A stretch of DNA of 64,000 nt from an uncultured delta proteobacterium (GTDB lineage: Bacteria > Desulfobacterota > Binatia > UBA9968). The stretch covers positions 1 to 64,000 of the forward strand of contig CAVXEP010000021.1 of assembly GCA_963760795.1 (NCBI GenBank). Direction: 5' to 3'. Below the pieces are notes generated by a model. That model was not told where the DNA came from, ran no database searches, and worked only from the letters and a program-made list of their open reading frames with translations. Each line of letters starts with the position of its first letter. Position 1 is the first letter of the stretch. The position numbers and the translations under genes were made by a program. This document shows, one piece after another, positions 38,591-49,128 of this stretch.

Positions 38591-40234
38591 ATGAAATCCC
38601 GACCGCTGCCCTATCCCAATTCGATTCTTTTCAACGGCAAGATCCGCACTTTTGAGACAGATACATCGACCTGCGAAGCCCTCGCTTGCTCGGGATCGCG
38701 CATCGTCGCGGCGGGAAAATTCGAGGACATTCGCCGTTTCGCCGGTCCCGACACCGAGATGATCGATCTCAAGGGCTACACGGCGATTCCCGGCCTCACC
38801 GACACCCATGTGCATCTTTCCGAGAAAGGCACGGCGGAGATGGAGCTGGTCGACTGCCGCGACTTCTATGTCGACGTCAACTCGGTGTCGGACATCCTGC
38901 AACGCCTCGCCAATGCTGCCGCCAGCGCACCCAAGGGATCCTGGCTGGTTTCCCATGGCAGCCCGATGCAGGACTTCCGCATCAGTGACCATCGTTTCCC
39001 CGACAAGCATGACCTCGACCGCGCCGTGCCGAATCATCCGATGTCGATCTCCTTCGGCGCTCATGTGACAATTGGCAACTCCCTTGCCCTGGCAGCGGCG
39101 AAAATCACCCGTGACACGCCTGATCCCGCGGGTGGCCATATAAAACATGATCCGCAGACCGGCGAAATTACCGGCGAACTCCATGAGCGGGCGCAGTTGA
39201 TTCTCAAAAAGGTCGCGCCGGAATTTAACTACCTGCAGCTAAAAGAAGGCATCGTCTACGCCCTGAACCAATGTCTCGAACGCGGCGTCACCACGGTGCA
39301 TGACATCGTCCGCTACGCCGAACCGGTGCGCGCTTACCAAGAACTATATAAAGAAGGCCGCATGAACGCCCGGGTGAGCATCCTGCCGCGCGTCATCGAA
39401 TCGATGATCGAAAGTAAAAGCTTGACCGAGTTAGGCCTCATCACCGGCTTCGGCAACGAGTGGCTGCGCATCGGCGGCGTCAAGATGAGCATCGACGGCG
39501 GCATCACCGGGCGCAATGCCTGCTTCCACGAACCTTATGAAAACGACGAGCATAACCATGGGATAATCAGAATCCAGCAGGATGAATTGAACCACACGGT
39601 GCAAGTCTGCCATGACGCCGGTCTGCGCTGCTGCGTGCACGCCATCGGCGACAAAGCCTTCGATATGGCGCTCGACGCCTATGAGAACGCCATCGAGCAT
39701 TCGCCGCGAAAGGACCACCGCCATCGCATCGAGCATATGGGCAACTGGCTCGCCACACCCAAATTGATTGGTCGTATGGTCCGCTCAGGCATCGTCGCCG
39801 TGCCGAATATCGCCTTCGCCTATTACATCGGCGATGCGATTCTCGACTGCGTCGGCGAACGGCGCTTGACCAAAGCGTTTCCGTTCCACACGCTATTGAA
39901 AAACGGTGTCATCATGTCCGGCGGCTCCGACTCGCCGGGTTACTGGCCGGTGGACCCGCTGCGCGACATCGCCACTGCTGCGTCACGTAAAATGCGCTGG
40001 GGCGAAGTCTGGATTCCCGAAGAAAAGATTACCGTTGCCGAGGCGTTCGCCATGCATACGACCACGGCGTCATGGGTCGGCTTCGAAGAAAATGACAAGG
40101 GCACCCTCGAAGTCGGCAAACTCGCCGACATTGCGGTCTTGGCCGAAGACCCCTTCGGCGTACAACCCGAAAAGATTCGAGAACTGAAGGTCGCGATGAC
40201 TTTGGTCGGCGGTGAAGTGAAGTATCAGGCCTAA
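38591..40234 (+). CDS. Amidohydrolase 3 (YtcJ-like)
   Basis: PGLTDTHVH, KMSIDGG, VHAIGD, RHRIEH, GGSDSP and GKLADIAVL. Confidence 0.92.
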   Translation: MKSRPLPYPNSILFNGKIRTFETDTSTCEALACSGSRIVAAGKFEDIRRFAGPDTEMIDLKGYTAIPGLTDTHVHLSEKGTAEMELVDCRDFYVDVNSVSDILQRLANAAASAPKGSWLVSHGSPMQDFRISDHRFPDKHDLDRAVPNHPMSISFGAHVTIGNSLALAAAKITRDTPDPAGGHIKHDPQTGEITGELHERAQLILKKVAPEFNYLQLKEGIVYALNQCLERGVTTVHDIVRYAEPVRAYQELYKEGRMNARVSILPRVIESMIESKSLTELGLITGFGNEWLRIGGVKMSIDGGITGRNACFHEPYENDEHNHGIIRIQQDELNHTVQVCHDAGLRCCVHAIGDKAFDMALDAYENAIEHSPRKDHRHRIEHMGNWLATPKLIGRMVRSGIVAVPNIAFAYYIGDAILDCVGERRLTKAFPFHTLLKNGVIMSGGSDSPGYWPVDPLRDIATAASRKMRWGEVWIPEEKITVAEAFAMHTTTASWVGFEENDKGTLEVGKLADIAVLAEDPFGVQPEKIRELKVAMTLVGGEVKYQA

Positions 40235-40252
40235 GCAGCAGGCGTCGAACAT

Positions 40253-40285
40253 AAAAAGGGCGACCGAACGGTCGCCCTTTTTTTT
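40253..40285. terminator. Bidirectional intrinsic terminator
   Basis: AAAAAGGGCGACC-GAAC-GGTCGCCCTTTTTTTT between convergent genes. Confidence 0.9.
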
Positions 40286-40313
40286 AGTTCGCTAATTTTT
40301 ACACTCGTCCGCG

Positions 40314-40859
40314 TCAGTTATTCGCCTTTCCGACGCTGACAAAGGGCCGGTGGCCTTGCCGTTCAGATGCCAAATTGATTTTCTTGCGCTGCTTGTAGAT
40401 ATGAATGCACAACTCTTCGATCACCGACAATTGTGCGTCGCTTGATTCTCGGGCTGCCGGGCTCGCTTCCCACTGCACCGTGACCGACTGGATTTTATCC
40501 GACTGGTCTTGCCACGACACCCGTACCAGCCGGCCATGCTGGCGGTCGACATAGTTGCCAGCCAGCCGCAGCACCTGGGGTAGGCTCAACATGTTGGGCG
40601 GGCCGGAAAACGGCTTGCGCGTAGCGCGCCCGTCCACTTCGAGCTTTTGCACGTCGTCCGGCGTGAAAAACTTGTCCAGGTCCATCGTCATGGATGTCCC
40701 CTTGTTCCACGCTTGGAGAATGTAATCGTCGTTATGAGTTTTGATTTCCAGCGCCTTGAGTTCCATGCCTTCGAGAAGCTGGCCAAAACAGCGCAGAGTC
40801 GAAGCATAGCGCATCCTTGGCGCCGCCGGTTGTACCGCGTTGAGAACCCGTGTTGCCAT
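40314..40859 (-). CDS. Hypothetical protein with an apparent internal duplication
   Basis: Host-like codon usage; ends at the terminator; YASTLRCFGQLLE resembles LPQVLRLAGNYVD. Confidence 0.65.
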   Translation of the reverse strand: MATRVLNAVQPAAPRMRYASTLRCFGQLLEGMELKALEIKTHNDDYILQAWNKGTSMTMDLDKFFTPDDVQKLEVDGRATRKPFSGPPNMLSLPQVLRLAGNYVDRQHGRLVRVSWQDQSDKIQSVTVQWEASPAARESSDAQLSVIEELCIHIYKQRKKINLASERQGHRPFVSVGKANN

Positions 40860-41069
40860 GGGAGGAACAGGGGAGCAACGGGCATGCCAAGGAATGGTGC
40901 GAAGGTTTCGCAAACTTGCTGCGAATGTTGGTTATTAAAGTGGAGGATTAATCCGGTGGCAATTAAACGAGCGCGAACGCTCGCGGCCAAAACTTACGAC
41001 AATGTGCTAATGTTCACTTGCGTGCATGGGCAAGCGGAAACCAAACAACCCGACATTGGGCGAAAGCAA

Positions 41070-42605
41070 CTATAGGATCTTCATGCCGCCGGCGAGGATC
41101 TTCTCGTCCGGCCTGGCGTTCCAGCCGACGTTGCGCGCGGTGCCATAAATCTCCGCCAAGGTGTACAGCGGCACGAAGGGAACATCTTCCATCAAGATGC
41201 GCCCGGCTTGATGCAACAGCGCGATGCGCGTCTTAGCGTCGCCGGTGCGCTGCTCTTCGTCGATAATTTTATCGAACTCGGGATTTTTGTACTGAATGCG
41301 CGGGCTGACGCCGGAGCGATAGTATTGATCGTAAACGGTGTCGGCGTCGGTGGCTGGGCGGCCGACGTAGTAAAAGGGCGACTTGCCGCCATTGACCCAC
41401 TCCTTGCCCCAAAACACCGCGAACTCCTGCGATACCAGTTCGACCTTGACGCCGATCTTGGCCAGCTGGTCGGCGATCACTTGGCAGACTTCCTTGGCTT
41501 TCGGATAGCGATCCGGCGAAAAGTAGAGTTTCACATCCACGCCGTTGGGATATCCCGCCTTGTCGAGCAGCTCCTTGCCCTTCTTCACGTCCACTGGATA
41601 GCGTTTGATCTTGGGATCGAAGCCGATCACCTTCGAACCCATGGGTCCATTCATGACATAGCCGTTGCCTTCGTAGATATGCTTGACGATCGTCGACGCA
41701 TCGACCGCGTAGTTGATCGCTTGGCGGACTAACTTGTTGTCGAACGGCTTGTGCGTGACGTTCATGGCGAGAAAATACATGCGCTGGCCTTCGACCTTTT
41801 CCGCTCTGACTTTGGCATGCTTATCGAAGCGCGACAGTTCCTCCACCGGCACGTTGTTGATCACGTCGCCTTGGCCGGCGAGCAATCCGGCAACGCGGCC
41901 AGCGTCCTCCCGCACCCGGCGAATGACGATCTCTTTGACGGCTGGCTTCGTGCCCCAATAATTATCATGGCGCGTCATGACGAGATTACCTTCGCGCTGC
42001 CAGCTGACGAATCGATACGGTCCGGTGCCCACCGGCTTGTGCTCGCCGGGCTCGCCGCCCTGCGCTTCGGTGGCGCTCTTGCTGATGATGAAACGGTTCT
42101 CCAGCCGGTCGAGAAACACCGCGTTGGGCGCTTCGGTGACAAACGCCAGGGTATGATCGTCGAGCGCTTGCATCTCAACCAGATCGCGAAAGTTTTCTTT
42201 TTGCAGGCTCAGTTTGTCGTTCTTCACCCGGTTAAATGAGTAGATGACATCGGCGGCGGTAAACCGGCTGCCGTCATGGAAGCGCACGTTCTTGCGCAGC
42301 TTGAAGATCCATTTCTTGCCTTGAAACTCCCAGGACTCGGCGAGCACGCCGAAGTAACCGCGTTTGGCGAAATCGACATCGACCAAGGGCTCGATCATGT
42401 TGTACCAGATGCCGTACTGCGGCCCGGAGCTGTAAGCGTAGGGATGCAGATTATCGAGGGCGATGCTGCTGAGAATCGTCAAGCGCTCCTTCGACGCCGA
42501 CCAACTTGAACCGGGCCAGGCCGTACTGGCCAAACAACCGACACCGGCAAGCGCGCCATACTTAAGAAACCTGCGGCGATCGAGATCATTTGTATTTCTC
42601 TTCAT
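41070..42605 (-). CDS. Family 5 ABC substrate-binding protein, Tat signal
   Basis: DRRRFLK, LAESWE, LRKNVRFHDG and VGTGPY. Confidence 0.92.
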   Translation of the reverse strand: MKRNTNDLDRRRFLKYGALAGVGCLASTAWPGSSWSASKERLTILSSIALDNLHPYAYSSGPQYGIWYNMIEPLVDVDFAKRGYFGVLAESWEFQGKKWIFKLRKNVRFHDGSRFTAADVIYSFNRVKNDKLSLQKENFRDLVEMQALDDHTLAFVTEAPNAVFLDRLENRFIISKSATEAQGGEPGEHKPVGTGPYRFVSWQREGNLVMTRHDNYWGTKPAVKEIVIRRVREDAGRVAGLLAGQGDVINNVPVEELSRFDKHAKVRAEKVEGQRMYFLAMNVTHKPFDNKLVRQAINYAVDASTIVKHIYEGNGYVMNGPMGSKVIGFDPKIKRYPVDVKKGKELLDKAGYPNGVDVKLYFSPDRYPKAKEVCQVIADQLAKIGVKVELVSQEFAVFWGKEWVNGGKSPFYYVGRPATDADTVYDQYYRSGVSPRIQYKNPEFDKIIDEEQRTGDAKTRIALLHQAGRILMEDVPFVPLYTLAEIYGTARNVGWNARPDEKILAGGMKIL

Positions 42606-42640
42606 CGTGGATTCTCCTCGCTTCGAGACGCCGGACATCG

Positions 42641-44168
42641 TTAGCGAATCTTCATCTCCGAATACATTAATTTTTCGTCCGGCCGGGCTTTCCAGTTGAT
42701 GTTGCGCGCCACGCCATAAATTTCCGCCAGCGTATACAGCGGGCAGAACGGCACATCTTCCATCAGGATGCGACCCAGCTGATGCAGCATGGCGAGGCGC
42801 TTTTTCGCATCGCCGGTTTTCTGCTCTTCGTCGACCAGCTTGTCGAACTCCGGATTTTTATATTGTATGCGCGGGCTCACGCCGGAACGATAGTACTGGT
42901 CGTAGACCGTATCGGCGTCGGCTGCCGGACGACCGACGTAGTAGAAACCCAGTTTGCCGCCGTTGACGCCTTCCTTGCCCCAGAAGATGACAAACTCTTG
43001 GGAGACCAACTCGACCTTGATACCGACCTTGGACAACTGATCGGCGATCACTTGGCACACCTCTTTCGCTTTCGGATAGCGATCCGGCGAAAAGTACAGC
43101 TTCACGTCGACGCCGTTGGGATAACCGGCTTTAGTCAGCAGCTCCTTCGCCTTGTTGAGATCCAACGGGTAGCGTTTGATCTTGGGATCGAAGCCGATCA
43201 CGTTGGAACCCATCGGCCCGTTCATGATGTAGCCGTTGCCTTCGTAAATATGTTTGATGATCACCACCGGATCGACGGCGTAGTTGATCGCCTGGCGGAC
43301 TAGTTTATTATCGAAGGGCTTGTGCGTCACGTTCATGGCGAGGAAATACATGCGCACGCCTTCGACCTTCTCGGCGCGGATGCGTGGGTGATTGTCGAAA
43401 CGCGAAAGCTCTTCCACCGGAACATTGTTGGCGACATCGCCCTGGCCGGCCAAGAGACCGGCGACGCGCCCTGAGTCCTCGCGCACACGGCGCAAAACTA
43501 TTTCTCGAATCGACGGTTTCGCGCCCCAGTAGCTATCGTTGCGCACCATGATCAGGTTACCGTCGCGCTGCCAGCTTTGAAATTTGTATGGACCGGTGCC
43601 AACGGGTTTCAACTCCGCCTGATCGCCCTGGGCTTCCATGCCTGTCTTGCTGAGAATGAAACGGTTCTGCAAGCGGTCGAGCATCACCGCCACCGGCTGC
43701 TCGGTGGTGATGATGACGGTGTAATCGTCGGCCGCCTGGACCTCGGTAAAGTCGCGGAAGTTTTCCTTCTGCAGACTCAGCTTGTCGTTTTTCATTCGGT
43801 TGATCGAGTAGACGACATCCTTGGCGGTAAACGGGCTGCTGTCATGGAAACGGACGTTCTTGCGCAGCTTGATCACCCAACGCTTGCCCTGAAACTCCCA
43901 GGATTCGGCGAGGATGCCATAGTGAGTGCGCTTGGCGTAATCGACTTCGACCAACGGCTCGATCATGTTGTGCCAGATACCATATTGCGGGCTCGAGCTA
44001 TGGGCGTAGGGATGGAGCGTGTCGAGACCGATGCTGCTCAAAGCCGTCAGGCGGTCGCGGCTCGCGGCATAGCTCAGCTTGACGAGGGAGCCGCCCAACG
44101 AGTGCGCTGAACCCGCAACACCGCTGTGTTTGAGAAATGTCTCGCCGATTGATTCTTCCGTTGCTCAT
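42641..44168 (-). CDS. Family 5 ABC substrate-binding protein, Tat signal; frameshift near 44140
   Basis: ATG 44168 gives MSNGRINRR, then FLKHSGVAG..GGSLVKL in the shifted frame; close paralog of 41070. Confidence 0.88.
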
Positions 44169-44225
44169 CGCTCCCCCAATGCCGTGCGCGGAAATATTGT
44201 TAAGCTCAATCGCTTGCAAGCCACC

Positions 44226-45764
44226 CTATTTGATCTTCATGTCCCACGCCTTCACTTTTTCATCGGCGCGCTTTTTCCAATCGAGATTCCTGGCGACGCC
44301 GTAGATATCGGCGAGATTGTAGAGCGGGATAAACAGCGCCTCGTCCATGATGAACTTGCCGGCTCGCTGTAAGATCTGCACCCGCTTCTTGGTGTCCGGA
44401 GTGCGCTGCTGTTCCTCGATCAGCTTGTCAAACTCCGGATTGCTGTAGTTGGTGCGCTTGGTCGTGCCGGTGCGAAAGTATTGATCGTAAAGCGTGTCGG
44501 CGTCGGCCAAACTGCCGCGGCCGATATAGTAGAACGGCAACCTACCGCCGTTGACCCCCTGCTTGTCCCAGAATAGCGCCCATTCCTGAGAAATCAGTTC
44601 GACGCGGAAACCGCCTTTGACCATCTGCGCCGCGACCACTTGGCAAACCTCGCGGTCTTTGGCATAACGTCCGCTGGAATAATACAACTGAATGTCGCAG
44701 CCGTTGGGATAGCCCGCCTGCGCCAGCAGCTCCTTGGCCTTCTGCGGATTGTACGGGTAACGTTTATGTTTGGGGTCGGCGCCGAGAACGGTGGCGCCCA
44801 CCGGACCGTTGCAGGGATAGCCGATGCCATCGAAAATATTGCGAACGATCGCCGGGGCGTCGACCGCGTAGTTCGCCGCTTGCCGCACCAGTTTGTTGTC
44901 CCAGGGTTTGAACGAGAAGTTAATCGCCAGGAAAAACATCCGCAACCCCTCGACCTGGTCGATGCGCACACGCGGATGCTTCTTCAGGCGTGCCACTTCG
45001 TGATCGGGCACGTTGTTGATGAAATCCGCTTGTCCCGACTCCAGCGCCGCAAGCCGCGCGGCATCCTCGGTGACTTTCTTGAAAATGACTTCTTTGATCG
45101 CCGCCTTGCCGCCCCAGTAGTCGTCATTGCGGGTGAAAACCAAGTTGCCGCCACGCTGGTAGCTGACAAATTTATAGGGCCCGGTGCCAACGAGATTCTC
45201 ATAAATCTTATCGCCAAACTTGTCGCCGGCCTCTTTACTCAACATGAAACGGTTGTCGAGCCGATCGAGAAACACCGCGTTGGGCTGCTTGGTGACAAAG
45301 ACCACCGTGGAGTCGTCCGGAGTTTGAATCTCGCTGACATCCTTGAAGTTAGGCGATTGCAAGCTGCCGCCCTTTTCGTCGCGCATCTTGTCGATTGAAA
45401 AGGCGACATCCTTCGAGGTAAAGGTCGCGCCGTTGTGGAACTTGACACCCTTGCGCAGTTTGAAAACCCACTTATTGCCCTGGAATTGCCACGACTCGGC
45501 AAGCACTCCGATGAAATCTTTGCGCTCGACATCGTACTCCACCAACGGCTCGATAACATGCTGCCAGTTGCCGTAAATCGGGCTCGAGCTATGGTTGAAT
45601 GGGTGAAGCGAATCGGCGACGCTCGAGTGAAAAATCGTCACGCGATCGCGTGATGCAGCATTAGAGTTCCGCAAAAAATACGGCCCAATCGCCGTCCCAG
45701 CTGCCAGTGCTGCGCCCTGTTTAAGAAACTGTCGCCGACTATACACCGATCGCTTTTTAACCAT
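44226..45764 (-). CDS. Family 5 ABC substrate-binding protein, Tat signal
   Basis: SRRQFLK, LRKGVKFHNG and VGTGPYKF. Confidence 0.92.
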   Translation of the reverse strand: MVKKRSVYSRRQFLKQGAALAAGTAIGPYFLRNSNAASRDRVTIFHSSVADSLHPFNHSSSPIYGNWQHVIEPLVEYDVERKDFIGVLAESWQFQGNKWVFKLRKGVKFHNGATFTSKDVAFSIDKMRDEKGGSLQSPNFKDVSEIQTPDDSTVVFVTKQPNAVFLDRLDNRFMLSKEAGDKFGDKIYENLVGTGPYKFVSYQRGGNLVFTRNDDYWGGKAAIKEVIFKKVTEDAARLAALESGQADFINNVPDHEVARLKKHPRVRIDQVEGLRMFFLAINFSFKPWDNKLVRQAANYAVDAPAIVRNIFDGIGYPCNGPVGATVLGADPKHKRYPYNPQKAKELLAQAGYPNGCDIQLYYSSGRYAKDREVCQVVAAQMVKGGFRVELISQEWALFWDKQGVNGGRLPFYYIGRGSLADADTLYDQYFRTGTTKRTNYSNPEFDKLIEEQQRTPDTKKRVQILQRAGKFIMDEALFIPLYNLADIYGVARNLDWKKRADEKVKAWDMKIK

Positions 45765-45791
45765 AAAATCTTTCCTCTCTGTCTCTGTCTC

Positions 45792-46631
45792 TTATCTCTG
45801 TCGCCGCAGTTTGGGATCGAAAATATCCCTCAAGCCATCACCGAGTAAATTGATGCCGAATACAGTAATAAAAATCGCCAGCCCAGGGAAGATCGTCAGC
45901 CACGGCGCGCGATTGATGTAACTGCGTCCTTCCGCGAGCATCGAACCCCAGGTCGGGATATGCACCGGCACACCGAGACCGAGGAAACTCAGGCTCGCTT
46001 CAGTGATGATGACGATGGCCATGCCAAAAGTGGCGATAACCGTGACGCTCGCCAAAGTATTGGGAACCACATGGTGAAAGATCACGTAAGCATCTTTGGC
46101 ACCTAGCGCTTTGGCCGCGGTGACGAAGTCGCGCTCCTTTAACGATAGCACTTCGCCGCGCACCACCCGGCAATACTGTACCCAGCGGCTGAGCATCAGC
46201 GCCATGATGAGATTGCCGACGCCTTGGCCGAGAAATGCCATGATCGCAATGGCGATCAAGAGAAACGGAAAGGCGAGAAATATTTCTGAAATCTTGCTGA
46301 CAATTTCATCGGCCGTGCTGCCGAAATATCCAGCGATGGCGCCGAGCGTACAGCCGACCAGGCCGGCGAAGATCACGGTAGCCGCGCCGACCATCAATGA
46401 AATACGCGAACCGTAGACGATCCGGCTCAACATGTCGCGCCCCAGGTTATCGGTGCCGAGCAGATAGGCCCGCATGCCATTCTCGGTCCAGCGCGGCGGG
46501 CGCAGCCGGTCTTCCAAGGTTTGCGCTTGCGGATCCCGCGGCGCGATCAGCGGCGCGGCGACGCCGCAGACCACCAGCAGCGCTAGGATAGCGCCGCCCA
46601 CCCAAATTTTTAGATAACGAAAAGAAACCAT
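45792..46631 (-). CDS. ABC transporter permease, DppC type
   Basis: LGTDNLGRD, DFVTAAKALGA and EASLSFLGLG. Confidence 0.93.
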   Translation of the reverse strand: MVSFRYLKIWVGGAILALLVVCGVAAPLIAPRDPQAQTLEDRLRPPRWTENGMRAYLLGTDNLGRDMLSRIVYGSRISLMVGAATVIFAGLVGCTLGAIAGYFGSTADEIVSKISEIFLAFPFLLIAIAIMAFLGQGVGNLIMALMLSRWVQYCRVVRGEVLSLKERDFVTAAKALGAKDAYVIFHHVVPNTLASVTVIATFGMAIVIITEASLSFLGLGVPVHIPTWGSMLAEGRSYINRAPWLTIFPGLAIFITVFGINLLGDGLRDIFDPKLRRQR

Positions 46632-47629
46632 CAGAACTTGATCCTTGGATCGATCCAACTATAGAGAAAGTCCACCAGCAAATTGACCACGAAGTAAGTT
46701 AGCGCGAACATCAGAATCAAGACTTGGGTAAGTTTATAGTCGCGCGCCGAAATCGACTGAATCAATAGATCGCCGATGCCGGGGAACGAAAATACCGTTT
46801 CTGTAACCACGGAACCGCTGAGCAAAGCACCCAACTGAAGGCCCAGAATCGTCACGATGGTGATTAAGGCATTACGCACGATATGCCGCCAGATCACGGT
46901 CTTTTCGCTCAGCCCCTTCGCCCGGGCGGTGGTCACATAATCCTGGCGCATCACTTCAAGCACGCTCGAACGGGATATCCGCGTGACGATCGCCGCGAGC
47001 GCGGCCCCGAGGGTGAACGCCGGCATCAATAAATGCTTAGCGACGCTGGCCATCGCCGCAAAGTTTCCTGTTATTAAACTATCGAGGAGGTAGAGGCCGG
47101 TAATCGGCTGGATCTCGATGCCGTACTCGATGCGGCCTGCGACCGGCAAAAGATTGAGCTGGCCGCCGAGAAAATAGATCAGCATGATGCCCAGCCAAAA
47201 GTTCGGTAACGACACACCGATCAACGCCACGCTCATGCCGGCATGGTCGACCAGCGAATTATGGCGAATCGCCGAGTAGACGCCCACCGGCACCGCGATG
47301 CTAATCGCGACGAACAAACTCGCGAAGGCGAGTTCCAAGGTCGCCGGCAGCCGCTCCGCGACCAACTTGATCACCGGTTCGCCGAACTTTAGCGACCGGC
47401 CAAAGTCGCCGCGCACGGCGCGGGAAAGAAAATCCCAGTACTGAACCATTAACGGCTTATCCAAGCCCAACTCGTTGCGCAGCCTGGCGACATCCTCCGG
47501 CGTGGCATTGTCGCCAAGCATCAAAGTGACCGGATCTCCCGGCGCGATATGCATTAAGAGAAAAATCAGAAAAGAGATCGCCAGCAAAACTGGAATCGCA
47601 CCGAGGACTCTGCGAATGAGCTTGTTCAT
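46631..47629 (-). CDS. ABC transporter permease, DppB type
   Basis: APGDP, GDFGRS, QDYVTTARAKGL and IDPRI. Confidence 0.93.
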   Translation of the reverse strand: MNKLIRRVLGAIPVLLAISFLIFLLMHIAPGDPVTLMLGDNATPEDVARLRNELGLDKPLMVQYWDFLSRAVRGDFGRSLKFGEPVIKLVAERLPATLELAFASLFVAISIAVPVGVYSAIRHNSLVDHAGMSVALIGVSLPNFWLGIMLIYFLGGQLNLLPVAGRIEYGIEIQPITGLYLLDSLITGNFAAMASVAKHLLMPAFTLGAALAAIVTRISRSSVLEVMRQDYVTTARAKGLSEKTVIWRHIVRNALITIVTILGLQLGALLSGSVVTETVFSFPGIGDLLIQSISARDYKLTQVLILMFALTYFVVNLLVDFLYSWIDPRIKF

Positions 47630-47694
47630 GTCGGGCGAACGCTTAGCAATAAATCAATTTAGCAAACCTAGTTTCTTGATGTTAACCGATACCA

Positions 47695-48981
47695 CTACTG
47701 ACCCAACTGGCCAAAGGACTGATCCAAAACCCGGAGCGCGTGATCGACTTCGTCCTGGTTGACGTTCAATGACGGCGCGACGCGAATGACATTGCTGTAG
47801 GTACCGCCCTTGCCGAGCAATAGACCATTGTTTTTGGTCAGCTCCATCAAACGCTTGGTGCTGTCGACATCGGGCTTTTTCTGTTCGCCGACCAGCTCCA
47901 TGCCTTGCATCAAGCCCATGCCGCGGACATCGCCGATCACCGGATACTTGGCCTTAAGTCCGTCCAAACCCTCGCGCAACCGGTTGCCCATCACCCGCGC
48001 GTTCTCGACCAGGTTTTCCTCTTCGATGACGTTGATCGTCGCATGCGCCGCGGTGCAGGTCACCGGATTGCCGCCGAAGGTCGAGATCGTATTGCCCTGC
48101 ATGCTGTCGGCCACTTCCGGTGTCGCGATGGTCGCGCCGATGGGCACGCCGTTGGCCATGCCCTTGGCGAAAGTCATGATGTCAGGGTCGACGCCCCAAT
48201 GCTCGATGCCGAACATCTTGCCGCCGGTGCGCCCCCAGCCGGTCTGCACCTCGTCGGCGATGAACAGGCCGCCGTATTTGCGAATGATGCCGACGATCTC
48301 TTTGAAATATTCTTTCGGCGGCACGATGAAACCGCCGACGCCCTGAATCGGTTCGGCGAGAAATGCCGCCACCCGCCCTTGGGAGGTCATAGTTTGAATC
48401 GCCTCTTCGGCGTCCTTGGCGCACTTCAGATCACAGCTCGGATAAGTCAGACCGAACGGACAGCGGTAGCAGTAAGCGTTGGCGATATGATGCACGCCGG
48501 GAACCACGTTGGGCATCAAGCGCCAGCTCGACTGCGCCGACAAACTCAAGGCCAAATACGATCGGCCGCTATAGCTGTGACGCAGCGTGATGACGTCCTG
48601 GCACTTGGTATAGATCTGCGCCAGCAATACCGCGGTCTCGTTGGCCTCGGTGCCGCTGTTGGTGAAAAAGGATTTCTCCAATCGCCCCGGCGTGATTTGC
48701 GCCAGCTTCTCGGCCAAGTTGACCTGCGGCTCGTTGGCGTAGAGCGTCGACATATGCTGGACCTTATGGGTTTGCGCGTCGATCGCCTGGGTCACTTTGT
48801 CGTTGCAATGGCCGACACTGACCGTGAGGATGCCGCCGAAAAAATCGAGATATTCCTTGCCATCGGCATCGAACACAGAGTGACCCTTGGCGTGGTCGAT
48901 GACCAAGGGCTCGTCGTAGTAAGTCGCGACGCAGGAGAATAAATATTTGTTCTGCTTGTCGAGAATGTCTTTTTTATCCAT
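47695..48981 (-). CDS. Class III PLP-dependent aminotransferase (AGXT2/GabT-like)
   Basis: YLDFFGG, NSGTEANE, AEPIQGVGG, IADEVQTGWGRTG, FAKGMANG and TFGGNP. Confidence 0.93.
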   Translation of the reverse strand: MDKKDILDKQNKYLFSCVATYYDEPLVIDHAKGHSVFDADGKEYLDFFGGILTVSVGHCNDKVTQAIDAQTHKVQHMSTLYANEPQVNLAEKLAQITPGRLEKSFFTNSGTEANETAVLLAQIYTKCQDVITLRHSYSGRSYLALSLSAQSSWRLMPNVVPGVHHIANAYCYRCPFGLTYPSCDLKCAKDAEEAIQTMTSQGRVAAFLAEPIQGVGGFIVPPKEYFKEIVGIIRKYGGLFIADEVQTGWGRTGGKMFGIEHWGVDPDIMTFAKGMANGVPIGATIATPEVADSMQGNTISTFGGNPVTCTAAHATINVIEEENLVENARVMGNRLREGLDGLKAKYPVIGDVRGMGLMQGMELVGEQKKPDVDSTKRLMELTKNNGLLLGKGGTYSNVIRVAPSLNVNQDEVDHALRVLDQSFGQLGQ

Positions 48982-49128
48982 AGAAGCCTTTGTGCAAACT
49001 ATTGTTGCGCACCCGGCAGAGGACGACCAGCCGGTCGCCCCTACAACTGCGAATCTTTTTTGAGCCCATTGCGTTCTTTGTGGCTAATCATCCGATTTCG
49101 ACCGAGCCCTACTCGGTGAATTCCAGGA

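Noticed and set aside
45774-45802. TCTCTG hexamer run
   Set aside because: Short low-complexity tract that doubles as the purine-rich RBS region on the minus strand.
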